Source: Ostreococcus lucimarinus (Eukaryota). Taken from it: DNA of 64,000 nucleotides. The position numbers and the translations under genes are program-made. The stretch lies in assembly GCA_000092065.1 (NCBI GenBank), contig CP000582.1; one strand, written 5' to 3'. Shown piece after piece: positions 1 through 9,395 of this stretch. The notes under the pieces were generated by a model, which saw nothing but the letters and a program-made list of their open reading frames with translations, made no database searches and was not told the DNA's origin. Within the stretch, counting starts at the first letter, position 1; the number at the start of each line of letters is the position of its first letter.

Positions 1-452
1 GGCAACCAAACGTGCGTAAACCCGAAATCCGCTATCATCGGCACTCGATCCTCAATTCTGCGATAGTAAGACTTGTCGCTGTGTAACGAACGCTTCGTCG
101 ACAACCAATCGAATGCTTGTAAAAGCACGACGTCACTGTAACCAGTTTTACACGTCGAGCATTTGGCCTCCTTCACCGTGCACGCGCTCACCGCGACTTC
201 TACCTCATCCATCTCGCGCTCGATAAACCGCTCGAGTAAGTCGGAGCTCTTTCCCGGCTCAAACAGCTCAGTCGACCCGCGGTCCCGGAAGACGGCGCGC
301 GCGTGCTCGATCGCCGGCATCCGCACCGCCGCCGATAACGCGTCGAAGGCGACGTCGGACGCCGACGCCGCAACCTCGTCCTCCTCCTCCTGGACCTCTA
401 CGTCTCCCTCGCGCGCGCGCTCGACGCGCGCGTCTTTCACCACCCGTCTCAT
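1..452 (-). CDS. hypothetical protein, partial (C-terminus lies beyond the window start); not in the supplied ORF track
   Basis: Reverse-strand frame with codon boundaries at 450-452 (ATG) is stop-free down to position 1. It reads ...MRRVVKDARVERAREGDVEVQEEEDEVAASASDVAFDALSAAVRMPAIEHARAVFRDRGSTELFEPGKSSDLLERFIEREMDEVEVAVSACTVKEAKCSTCKTGYSDVVLLQAFDWLSTKRSLHSDKSYYRRIEDRVPMIADFGFTHVWLP. The composition is protein-like, unlike the Arg/Ala-rich antisense ORF 163..771. No family recognised. Confidence 0.35.
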   Translation of the reverse strand, partial: MRRVVKDARVERAREGDVEVQEEEDEVAASASDVAFDALSAAVRMPAIEHARAVFRDRGSTELFEPGKSSDLLERFIEREMDEVEVAVSACTVKEAKCSTCKTGYSDVVLLQAFDWLSTKRSLHSDKSYYRRIEDRVPMIADFGFTHVWL

Positions 453-752
453 CGCGTCGTCATCACCGCCGCGCGCTCGCGCGCGTCGCATCCGCCGCGA
501 ATCATCGCCGCCGCGCGTTCGCACCGGCCGAGAAAGTCGATTCGTGTCGCGTCCGGCGCGCGCCGCGCGCGGCGTCGCGAACGCCCGCGCGCGCGAAACC
601 GCGCGCATGGATGCGCTTCCGAGCCGTCGCGCGCGCTCTCCCGTCGCGGGCGCGCGGCGTCGCGTTCGTCGTCGGCCCTCGCCTCGCGCGTCGATGTGCG
701 TCCGGGCTCGGCCGCGCCCGCACACCGCGACGACGCGCGCCGACGACCGACC

Positions 753-2390
753 ATGCCGGTATCGCGCGTGACGGTGTTCCACGAGGGCTCGTGCGCGCGC
801 GCGAGGAAGGCGCTCGCGGCGCTGCGCGACGAGGGCGTGCAAGAGTCTGAATTTCACAAAATTAATCTCGACGCGTTGACGCCCGACGCGCGGTCGACGC
901 GATTGGAAGGCTTGAAAGCGCTCGCGGGACACCGTTACACCCCCGCCGTGTTCTTTAACGCCGAGTACGTCGGATCGGAGGTTGAGATCACGCACTTGGC
1001 GCGGACGGGAAAGCTGGCGCGCGAGCTGTTGAGGGACGGCGACTGCGACGTCGACGCGTTGCCGCGGGCGCTACGAGACGTGGAGGACGACGAAAGGGAC
1101 GATCCGGGTGGAAAGTCGATCTATGGAAGGTCTAAATCGATAAAGCTGGAGACGCGCGAGGGAGAGGAGAGCGAGGGGAAGAAGGCGAATAAGAAGACGA
1201 GGACGCGAGCGACGACGTACGCTCGAATGACGGAGACGATGAAGCATGCGATGCGGTATCGACGCGCGGAGGCGACGATGATGGCGTCGTCGTCGGGTGG
1301 GTGTTCGTGTTTTGGTGGTGCGGAGCGAGCGAACGAGCCGCCGACGATGTCAAAGGATGAAATCGTCGACGCGCTCGCGCTGGCTGACATGACGGCGCGC
1401 ACGGGCGAGGGCGAGTTCGAGTTCGATGTGGATGATTTTCACACGCTCGAGGCGTACGTGAAGGAGGGAGCGTTGATTCCTAGGGGTAGTCCTGTGCGAT
1501 ACGCGCTGCCTATGGACTTGGATCGCAGGGTCTTGAATTCCTACAGGACCGCGTGGAAAGATCGCGTGAGCTCCAAGCCCGTGGACGCGGCCGCATACTT
1601 GAGAAAAATGTTCTCCATCATCGAGTCGTATCACGTCTCGGCGGAGACTGGGATGGTGGATTACGAAGGCATCGCTCTGGACGATCAGTACGGCGCGTTT
1701 GAGGAGGCGACATGCGAATTGCGAGCGATTCGATTGAATCAAGGCGAGTTGGCAAACGAAGACGCTCGCAAGGCGTTCCTTTTGAACGTGTACAACGTCG
1801 GGGTGAAACACGCGTTCGTAAACGTGGGCGTTCCAAGAAACGCGCGCGAGCGGCTAGCGTTTTACGGAAGCGTCGGGTACAATATTGGGGGTAAATTTTA
1901 TTCCTTGGACGATATCGAGCACGGACTGCTTCGCGCCAACGCGCCGCATCCGACTAAGAAGTTTGCGACAAAATATTTCAAGGATGACGGCGCGGCGAAA
2001 TACGCGCTCTCCAAGCGTGACGCCAGGATTCACTTCGCGTTGAACTGCGGAGCGAACGCGTGTCCGCCCATCAGAGCGTATTCAGCGAATAAAATCGACG
2101 CGCAACTCGATGTAGCAGCCGAAGCCTTTCTCAACGGCACCGTCGCCGTGGACGCTCGCAAGAATGAAGTGCGCCTGTCGAAAATCATGCAGTGGTACGC
2201 GCGAGATTTCGGCGCGGGCGCGACAGAGGTGTTGAGATTCATTGCGCCGAGACTGAAAGATGAATCCAAGGTGGCGCTGGAGACCGCGCTGACGAGCGGT
2301 AAAATACCGCGAATCTCGTACGCGGAGTACGACTGGTCGACGGATGCCTCGGCGCCTCGGCCATTTTCGCTCGCGCGGTACGCGTCGTAG
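753..2390 (+). CDS. DUF547-domain protein with N-terminal glutaredoxin-like domain
   Basis: Belongs to ORF 696..2390, but 696 is GTG; the first ATG is at 753 (MPVSRVTVFHEGSCARARKALAALRDEG..., a glutaredoxin-like fold). The C-terminal half carries DUF547-type motifs LLNVYNVGVKHAF, FALNCGANACPPIR and SKIMQWYARDFG. Confidence 0.7.
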   Translation: MPVSRVTVFHEGSCARARKALAALRDEGVQESEFHKINLDALTPDARSTRLEGLKALAGHRYTPAVFFNAEYVGSEVEITHLARTGKLARELLRDGDCDVDALPRALRDVEDDERDDPGGKSIYGRSKSIKLETREGEESEGKKANKKTRTRATTYARMTETMKHAMRYRRAEATMMASSSGGCSCFGGAERANEPPTMSKDEIVDALALADMTARTGEGEFEFDVDDFHTLEAYVKEGALIPRGSPVRYALPMDLDRRVLNSYRTAWKDRVSSKPVDAAAYLRKMFSIIESYHVSAETGMVDYEGIALDDQYGAFEEATCELRAIRLNQGELANEDARKAFLLNVYNVGVKHAFVNVGVPRNARERLAFYGSVGYNIGGKFYSLDDIEHGLLRANAPHPTKKFATKYFKDDGAAKYALSKRDARIHFALNCGANACPPIRAYSANKIDAQLDVAAEAFLNGTVAVDARKNEVRLSKIMQWYARDFGAGATEVLRFIAPRLKDESKVALETALTSGKIPRISYAEYDWSTDASAPRPFSLARYAS

Positions 2391-2395
2391 CACAC

Positions 2396-2450
2396 GTTTA
2401 CATTTCGTTTACATTCGTTTACATTCGTTTCTGCGTTTCTGCGTTTCGTT
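2396..2450. repeat. short tandem repeats in a convergent 3' intergenic region: (gtttacattc)x3 followed by (gtttctgc)x2
   Basis: Direct reading gives gtttacatttc gtttacattc gtttacattc gtttctgc gtttctgc gtttcgttt. It lies between the stop of the DUF547 gene (2390) and the stop of the CDC25 gene (2721). Confidence 0.8.
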
Positions 2451-2720
2451 TACCGACTCATTCACGTCGTTTCTTTTCGTCGCCCGTTCGTTTCGCTTCA
2501 GTAGTCGGAAGAGTCCGAGTCGTACGCGATCCGCGGCGCGAACGTCCTCGCCGACTCGTAGCGACACATCACGCGCATCTCCTGATGTTGCATCAACCGT
2601 TTCGACCAACCGTCGCGCGTCACCGTCATCGGAGGGTCGCGTCGCGGATTCGCGGCGCGGTTTACAATTCTACGACTCGTGCGCGACGGCGGGGCGTCGG
2701 CGAACGCGGCGATCGGTCGA

Positions 2721-3857
2721 TCAATCGTCGTCCATGCCCGTGAAATCGATGCCTCGTCCGCGAACGGCGCCTCGAAATCGCTCGGCGGATCGAAACAAAG
2801 CTTCGTCGGACGGCGACGGCGCGTGCGTCATCGATTTCGCGCGCTGCGCGACGAACCAGACCTCTCGGCTTTGCGACGTGAACTCGCGACACGCGTCGGT
2901 GTAGCGCGTGTCCGACATGCTCACGAAACCGCCCTCGCAACACTCTGGAAAGGATTCGTAAAAGTGCTTGTAGCCGCCCTGCAAGACGTACGTGTGCGGA
3001 AACGAGAGCGCCGGATACGTAGCCATGTGATCTCTTCGATCCAAGTTCCGCACGTGTCGCCACATGCGCGGTGCGCGTTCGCTACTGAACTCGCAGTAAA
3101 ACACGTACACTACGTTTGCGCTCGTCGTCGCGCGAGACGCGAGAAATTTCTGCACGTCCGTCGGCGAATACAGATTCAACGCCGAGCGCACGCGGCCGCC
3201 CGCGTACTCGAACGGAAATCGACAATCGATGGCGACGACTTCCGGCCCACCGGCGCCACCGGACTCGTGATTCGCTAATAACGCGCGAAGCGCGGCGCCG
3301 TCGATCATGGGCAACCCAAGCGCGGCGTCCAACGCGCTCGGAATCATCGCGCACGGTCCCGCGAGCGCCGGCGTCGCCGGCTCCTCGCAATCGACCCGCT
3401 CGCTCGCATCGTATCGCGTGTCCCCTCGCGAAGGCGTGTATCCGTACGACATCCCGTACGATAGCGCCTGCTTTCGCGGCGGCGCCGGCGGCGACGTCGA
3501 CGCCTTCATCGGCGGCGGCGACGCCAACGGTCGCCCGCCGCGGCACGGAGTCGCCGCCCGCGCGTCCTCCGCGCGCGCCCAATCCGCCCCATTCGCGTTC
3601 GACGCGTCTCTCAGCGCCCGCGCGAACGTCGGCATCGCCGCAAAAACCATCCCTTCCCCCGTTTCGCCCGCGCGCGCTTTCCTCTTTGTCGGCAGCGGCG
3701 TCGCCGTCGACGCCCCGCTCGCGCCGCCGTCCCGCGCCTCCCCATCCGTCTTCCCGCGCGCCGGCGTTTCAAACGCCCCCGCGGGCGCGCGCACCGTCGG
3801 CGGCGACGCCAACGACGCCTCCGCCGTCACTCGCCGTCGCTTCGCCTCGGCGTCCAT
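2721..3857 (-). CDS. CDC25-type dual-specificity phosphatase (rhodanese/Cdc25 catalytic domain)
   Basis: ORF 2721..3881 starts with TTG; the first ATG is at 3857 (MDAEAKRRR...). The C-terminal domain has VVAIDCRFPFEYAGGRVRSALNLYSP and the CX5R active site YCEFSSERAP. Confidence 0.75.
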   Translation of the reverse strand: MDAEAKRRRVTAEASLASPPTVRAPAGAFETPARGKTDGEARDGGASGASTATPLPTKRKARAGETGEGMVFAAMPTFARALRDASNANGADWARAEDARAATPCRGGRPLASPPPMKASTSPPAPPRKQALSYGMSYGYTPSRGDTRYDASERVDCEEPATPALAGPCAMIPSALDAALGLPMIDGAALRALLANHESGGAGGPEVVAIDCRFPFEYAGGRVRSALNLYSPTDVQKFLASRATTSANVVYVFYCEFSSERAPRMWRHVRNLDRRDHMATYPALSFPHTYVLQGGYKHFYESFPECCEGGFVSMSDTRYTDACREFTSQSREVWFVAQRAKSMTHAPSPSDEALFRSAERFRGAVRGRGIDFTGMDDD

Positions 3858-4468
3858 CCTTCGTCGGCGGCGTCGTTTCAAATTTTCAAATTTCGCCGCG
3901 TCGATTCAAGTCGACGCGCGCGACGTCGAGTCGACGCGCGGTCGACCCGGACGGCGGTGCGCGTTCGAGACCGTCGGGTTCGGCGCGGTCTCGGAACCTC
4001 GCCGCGATCGTCGCGATCGTCGCGTCGTCGGCGGCGTCGTCGCGTCGCGCGACGCGCGATGTGCCGCGCCGCGAGATGTGAAACATCAACCTCACTGTGT
4101 CTATTATACCCGCGTGTCCGAACACATCCCGATATATCGGCAGCGCGCGCTCTCTCATGCGCATTCGAGACGCCGCGAGACCATTGTTTGATGCGCGCGG
4201 CGATCGATAAATCACGACCGCGATCGCGCCGTGACGTCGCGCGCGCGTCGTCGACGTCGGCACACGCGCGCGCGCGTCGCCGAGACGCCGACGCGCTCGA
4301 CGAACGACGCGCGAACGGTCGGCGCCCCGCGCCGCGGCGCGAGACGACGCGCGCGAGCGACGCGAGCGACGCGACGCGATCGATCGACCATCGTGCGGCG
4401 ATCGAACGGAACGAACGGACGCGCGACGCGCGAGGGGCGAACGCGCGGGCGCGCGGGCGCGGACGAAG
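3858..4468. promoter_or_regulatory. divergent intergenic/promoter region between CDC25 (minus) and MIPS (plus)
   Basis: 611 bp of GC-rich low-complexity DNA between two head-to-head start codons. The ORFs listed here (3116..4081, 3878..4753, 3886..4728, 3957..4475) are Arg/Ala-rich compositional artefacts. Confidence 0.3.
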
Positions 4469-6058
4469 ATGTTGATCGATAAGTTCACGGTGGAGAGCGC
4501 GACGGTGCGGACGATCGAGGACGGGGCGACGGGGATCGAGTACGTGGAGAGCGAGCACGCGTACGCGAGCACGAGGGTGGAGCGAAGGACGTCGACGAGC
4601 GTTGAGGGGAAGGAATGCTTCGCGCTCGTGCCGGAGACGAAGAATTTTACGATTCGGACGCGGACGAGCGTGCCGAAGGTTGGGATCATGCTCGTTGGGT
4701 GGGGCGGGAATAACGGATCGACGCTCACGGCGGGTATGCTGGCGAATAAGCACGACGTGACGTGGAATACGAAGGATGGGGTGCGGAAGCCTAATTATTA
4801 CGGCTCACTCACGCAGAGTGGGACGTGCCGAGTTGGACATCTCGAAGGCGAGGAGGTTTACGTGCCGTTTAAGTCGTTGATGCCGCTAGCGAATCCGAAC
4901 GACGTCATCGTCGACGGATGGGACATCAACGACGCGAATTTGGCGGACGCGATGGAGCGAGCCAAAGTTTTAGACTTCGATTTACAAAGGCAGCTCCGAC
5001 CCCGTATGGAGGGGATGAGGCCGCGAGCGAGTGTCTTTGATCCGAAATTCGTCGCGAGGAATCAGTTGTCTCGCGCAAACAATGTCATCGGCGGGTCAAA
5101 GACGGAGCAGATGGCGCAGATTCGCGCTGACATTCGCGATTTCAAGGAAAAGAATGGAATCGATAGTGTAGTCGTGTTGTGGACGGCGAACACGGAGCGT
5201 TACTCGGAAACGCGCGAGGGCGTGCACGACACAGAAGAAAACTTGCGAAACGCCATCAAAACGGGCGAGGAAGAGATTTCGCCAAGTACCTTGTTCGCCT
5301 TGGCGTGCATAGACGAGCACACACCGTTCATTAACGGAAGTCCACAGAACACGTTCGTGCCAGGCGTCGTGCAAGCGGCGGTTCGCCTGAACTCGATCAT
5401 CGGTGGAGATGATTTCAAGACTGGTCAAACGAAGATGAAGTCGGTGTTGGTCGACTACCTCATCGGCGCTGGCTTAAAGCCGACATCCATCGTGAGCTAC
5501 AATCACTTAGGTAACAACGATGGTTTGAACCTGAGTGCGCCGCAGACTTTCCGATCCAAGGAAATCTCTAAGGCGAACGTGGTTTCAGACATGGTGGCGA
5601 GTAATCCGCTGCTTTACGACGAGGGCGAGGAGCCCGATCACACCGTCGTGATCAAGTACGTCCCGAATGTCGGCGATAGCAAGCGAGCGATGGATGAGTA
5701 CACCAGCGCAATTTTCATGAACGGCGAAAACACGATCGTCATGCACAACACGTGCGAGGACTCCTTGCTCGCGGCGCCGCTCATCCTTGACTTGTGTCTT
5801 GTGGCCGAACTCTTGACGCGCGTCGAAGTCAAGTGCGAAGGCGAACAGTTTCACAGCATTCACCCCATCGCGGTGTTGCTCTCGTATTGGAGCAAGGCCC
5901 CGCTCGTGCCAAACGGTATGCCCATCGTGAACGCTCTCGCGAAGCAACGCGCCATGCTGGAAAATTTCTTCCGCGCCGCCGTCGGTCTCGCGCCCGAGAA
6001 CAACATGTTGCTCGAGTATTTCGCGGTGACGGGTCAACAGTCCCCCGCATCCGCGTAG
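4469..6058 (+). CDS. INO1: myo-inositol-1-phosphate synthase (MIPS/INO1)
   Basis: Genuine ATG at 4469; 529 aa, single exon. Hallmark MIPS motifs [20 protein letters not shown] and [10 protein letters not shown] are present, with the length typical of eukaryotic MIPS. Confidence 0.92.
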   Translation: MLIDKFTVESATVRTIEDGATGIEYVESEHAYASTRVERRTSTSVEGKECFALVPETKNFTIRTRTSVPKVGIMLVGWGGNNGSTLTAGMLANKHDVTWNTKDGVRKPNYYGSLTQSGTCRVGHLEGEEVYVPFKSLMPLANPNDVIVDGWDINDANLADAMERAKVLDFDLQRQLRPRMEGMRPRASVFDPKFVARNQLSRANNVIGGSKTEQMAQIRADIRDFKEKNGIDSVVVLWTANTERYSETREGVHDTEENLRNAIKTGEEEISPSTLFALACIDEHTPFINGSPQNTFVPGVVQAAVRLNSIIGGDDFKTGQTKMKSVLVDYLIGAGLKPTSIVSYNHLGNNDGLNLSAPQTFRSKEISKANVVSDMVASNPLLYDEGEEPDHTVVIKYVPNVGDSKRAMDEYTSAIFMNGENTIVMHNTCEDSLLAAPLILDLCLVAELLTRVEVKCEGEQFHSIHPIAVLLSYWSKAPLVPNGMPIVNALAKQRAMLENFFRAAVGLAPENNMLLEYFAVTGQQSPASA

Positions 6059-6476
6059 TACCAGGTTCCCAATAGCCTGCAGTGGTAGATTCTTTTATCA
6101 TTATTCACGGCCGCTCGCGTCGGTGATCAATACTTTTCGACGCGTTCGGCGCGTCGACTCCGCACTCGTCGCCCGGTCGCGGCGTCTCGATGTCCCCCGA
6201 GGGCGACGGCCACGCCCGCGCGCTCGCGCGCGCGCGCGAATACTCACGAAGCGTCGAGTCGAGCGACGCATCGCGCGCGCGCGCGAGCGCGCCCGTGCGC
6301 GCGTCCTGGGCCGGCGGCGCGCCGACAACCGTTCCGACACCCGAAGTCGCGCGCGCGACGAGCGACGCGCGCGCGTCGCCGGTGAAACCGCGTCCCAACT
6401 TGAAGTTCTTCGGTAACACCGTGCGCGCCATCGCGAGCGCCAACGCGAGGATCGACGATAAGCGCCGAGCCGAGGG

Positions 6477-6492
6477 CGAGAGAGAGAGAGAG
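6477..6492. repeat. (GA)n microsatellite
   Basis: The sequence gagggcgag agagagagagagag acgc lies in the convergent 3' intergenic region. Confidence 0.7.
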
Positions 6493-6837
6493 ACGCCGCG
6501 GCGAGACGCCGCGGGCGAGACGAGGCGAAGAAAAAGCGATGGACGGGACAGGAGACGTTCGAAAAAGCGACGCGAAGGTGGGAACGGCGTCGACGCCGAA
6601 CGTTGGGATCACGTTCCACAAAGGGAAGAGAAAAGAGAAAAGGTGCGGGTACCGGTGGTGAAACCGAAGCCGGCGGCGGTAGAACGCGAAGAAGGCGAGT
6701 GGTCGAGCGGGAGCGACGCGTAGCATGTACAGTACAGTGTTTTTGTATTCAAAAGTTGTGGAAAATTAGGCAAAAAAATGGGTAGAAAAGTTGTCGTTCA
6801 ATGTCATCAATGTGATAGTACAGATGTCAGGGGGCGG

Positions 6838-8008
6838 TCACATGCCGAGACTCTCCCGCATGGACGCCCACGCTTGGAAACCGTGCGCGTCGATGGGGAC
6901 GCGCTTTCCCGTCGTAGGTTCGACGATTGTGTCCATGACGTGTTTGAACATGCAGTCTCGAACGTACGTACCCGAAGCCGAGGCCAGGGTCCAAAATCCC
7001 GCGTCGATTTCGGATTGAAGTTGCCCTGGAGACCATCCCGAGTAGCCGACAAAGAGGCTCAAATCCTCTGGCCGAAGCGTACCCGGCCCAGAGAGTTTGG
7101 CGTTCAATTTCGCCAACTGATCTAGGTTGATGACGCGATATATCCCCGGTATCACCTCTTCAGTCATGCCTGGCTGCTCTTTCGTCGTCAAGGCGATGAC
7201 GGAACGATCGAGCGAGTGGTCCAACCCCACCGGTCCGCCGACGCCGACGACTTCTTCAGACAACAGCGACCAGTACAAATTATCGTGTTTAACCTCTGGG
7301 CAATGCTTGGCGAGCGTCCACGATTGCGTGCGATTCAAAATTATCCCAGTAGATCCGTACGGTGTGTGATCTGCATCGACGTGAGCGAGCGTAAAAGTCA
7401 GTCGACGAGATTCGCGTCGGCGCCTCCGTCTCGGCTTCCGCCCCCCCCTCTTTCTTCTCGAGCGCGCGTCGTCCGAACCACTCACCGAGCATGAAAATCA
7501 CCACGTGCGACCAAAACGAGCTCGCGTCTTCTTCTACCGCCACTAAAAGCGCGCCTTTCTCCAGGTTTTCCAATCCATGCGCCCACGTCGGCGGTGATCC
7601 GTCTCGCGAAGCCGCGTCTATGCTCGCCCCGAGCGCGGCGTTTTCAGAGTATTGCGCCACCATGCGCGCGCGAAACTCGCGCCAGTCCACCGCATGCGCG
7701 CGATCATCGCCTTCGTTTTGCGTTTGTTCGTTTCGTTCGTTCACGTCGTCGTTTTCGCGTCCTGCGCGCGCCCAAACGGAGGTTTCACGCCGTCGTCCCG
7801 GAAGGTGTCGGCGTAACCGTCCCGAATTCAACTCGAGCGCGACGGAGCGCGCGCGCGTGCGCGCGTTCTCGCATCGCGACGGCGGCGCGTGCGCGCGGTA
7901 GGCTATGTGCGCGCCGTGCGCGAGCGAGCTGAGCATGGCGCGCGACGTCGAGGGCGTGCGACGCGCGATTGTGCGCGTCGAGGGCGTGCTGGCGTGGCAC
8001 TTGCTCAT
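6838..8008 (-). CDS. YqgE/AlgH-family (UPF0301/DUF179) protein, two exons: 8008..7486 and 7370..6838, intron 7485..7371; probable organellar transit peptide
   Basis: Track ORFs 7289..8113 and 6838..7485 carry the N- and C-halves of one DUF179 protein in different frames. Minus-strand GTGAGT sits at 7485-7480 and ...cgactgac...gatgCAG ends at 7371. Removing this 115-nt intron joins them as ...FWSHVVIFM|LDHTPYGSTGIILNRT..., which matches the family core [24 protein letters not shown], then GGPV and GYSGWSPGQLQSEI. First ATG is at 8008 (the listed starts 8113 and 7485 are TTG/GTG). The N-terminus is Ser/Arg/Ala-rich. Confidence 0.65.
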
Positions 8009-8099
8009 AAAGTGTACTTTATGAGCAACTTTTTCGTACGGCGACAATAATCTATGAATAAATGCGTGTGCTAAGGCGCCGACGGCGCGAAGACGCGAA

Positions 8100-9179
8100 T
8101 TAATGCCGCTCAATCTCGCCGAGGATGATTTGCGTGGACGGGGAGATCTTCCGAAGCTTGTTGAAGACCCAGTACTTGAAACCGATGTCGAGCGTCACGG
8201 GGACGACGGCGACAAAGATGCGAACCGCCATCTCAAACTTGTGGAAATCGAGACCGTAGTGGGTGATGATGCACGCTAAGAAGGCTTGCCAGCCGTCGGA
8301 GGAATGGTAGCCGACGACCATGTCGGCGCCGAGCATGAGAATGAAGGCTTGAGTGGCGGCGTCGAGGCCGATGAATTCGTCGCTGATGTCCCCGAGTAGG
8401 CGAGAAATGTTGGACTTTTGAAGCGTGACGATGGTAACCGTCATGGTGATGAAGATGAGTGATCCTATGACGTTTCCGGTGGCTAAGAAAGACTTTTTCT
8501 TTTCGATGTCTTCCAATCGTCGCGCTTCTTCGAGCAACAATCCCCGTTCGACGTCGGCGTGCAAACGCGGCGCCCCGCTGATGATTCTGTCGTAGTACAA
8601 ACGTTCCTCAAACTTTTGTATCCCTTGCGCCACGTTTTGCCTCTGCTGCAAATTCAACGACGCATTAAACGCTCCCCAATGCGCCCCCAACCAAGGGGTG
8701 ACGATCGCGCTCTTCACGCTCTGCGCGCACACGAACGGCGTGACGAAGAGCACTAAAAACGCCCGCCACATGCTATTCATCAAACGCCACCACCGCAGTC
8801 GTTCTTCCTCCACCGCGTCCTCGTCGTTATCGTCGAATATATTCTTAAGCGCCAACTCGAGCGCAGATTTTTTCTGCGCAGACTTTCCGTTCGCCGTCCC
8901 GTTCGCTTTCAGGCGCGGCTTTCGCGGCGCGCCGTCGCCGTCCGCTTTGCTTCGAGAAGCTCGCGCGCTCGCGCCGACGCCGTCGTCGGACGCGCGCGTG
9001 ACCGTGAACGTCGCGCGGTCGCACCGCGCGCGTCGCGTGAGCGCGGCGCAGTTAGCGCGTGGACCGACATCTTTCGTCGCGAGCGGTGGTGTCGTCACCG
9101 AAACGCGCGACGACGACGACGGCGCCACGGTGCGCGCCACGCGCGCGGCGCGCGGTGGAAGCGCGGGCGCGAATGACAT
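8100..9179 (-). CDS. hypothetical multi-pass membrane protein with predicted plastid/mitochondrial transit peptide
   Basis: ORF 8100..9275 starts with GTG; the first ATG is at 9179 (MSFAPALPPRAARVARTVAPSSSSRVSV..., transit-peptide-like). A coiled/charged middle region is followed by 3-4 hydrophobic helices (LIFITMTVTIVTL, AFILMLGADMVVGY, VRIFVAVVPVTLDIGF). Family not recognised. Confidence 0.5.
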   Translation of the reverse strand: MSFAPALPPRAARVARTVAPSSSSRVSVTTPPLATKDVGPRANCAALTRRARCDRATFTVTRASDDGVGASARASRSKADGDGAPRKPRLKANGTANGKSAQKKSALELALKNIFDDNDEDAVEEERLRWWRLMNSMWRAFLVLFVTPFVCAQSVKSAIVTPWLGAHWGAFNASLNLQQRQNVAQGIQKFEERLYYDRIISGAPRLHADVERGLLLEEARRLEDIEKKKSFLATGNVIGSLIFITMTVTIVTLQKSNISRLLGDISDEFIGLDAATQAFILMLGADMVVGYHSSDGWQAFLACIITHYGLDFHKFEMAVRIFVAVVPVTLDIGFKYWVFNKLRKISPSTQIILGEIERH

Positions 9180-9395
9180 CGCGCGCGCTCGCCCGCGTGC
9201 GCGCGAACGCGCGCGCGAGCGCGGTCGGAACGCGCGTGGCAGTGCGGCGCGTGGGGGCCCGGCGCCGAGGACCACGGCGCGGGCCGCGGCGGAAACGCTT
9301 TGGAATGTGTTCTCGATTTACAACGATAGCGGTGCGACTGATAGCGGTGCGTGGTGACTGTACAAATATTCTAGTAGACATCGTCGGGACGTTGC

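Noticed and set aside
163-771. Plus-strand 202-aa ORF at the window start
   Set aside because: Ser/Arg/Ala low-complexity translation. The opposite strand carries a far more protein-like frame running off the window.
3116-4753. Overlapping Arg/Ala/Pro-rich ORFs (3116..4081+, 3307..4191+, 3878..4753-, 3886..4728-, 3957..4475+, 4231..4482+)
   Set aside because: Artefacts of about 70% GC intergenic DNA (stop codons are AT-rich). They lie in the CDC25/MIPS divergent promoter or are antisense to CDC25.
6101-6726. ORFs 6101..6619-, 6105..6443-, 6123..6416+, 6190..6723+, 6244..6726-
   Set aside because: Low-complexity Arg-rich translations in the convergent 3' region between MIPS and the DUF179 gene.
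7289-8113. Treating 7289..8113 and 6838..7485 as two separate genes
   Set aside because: They are two exons of one DUF179 gene joined by a GTGAGT...CAG intron. Both listed starts are non-ATG (TTG/GTG).
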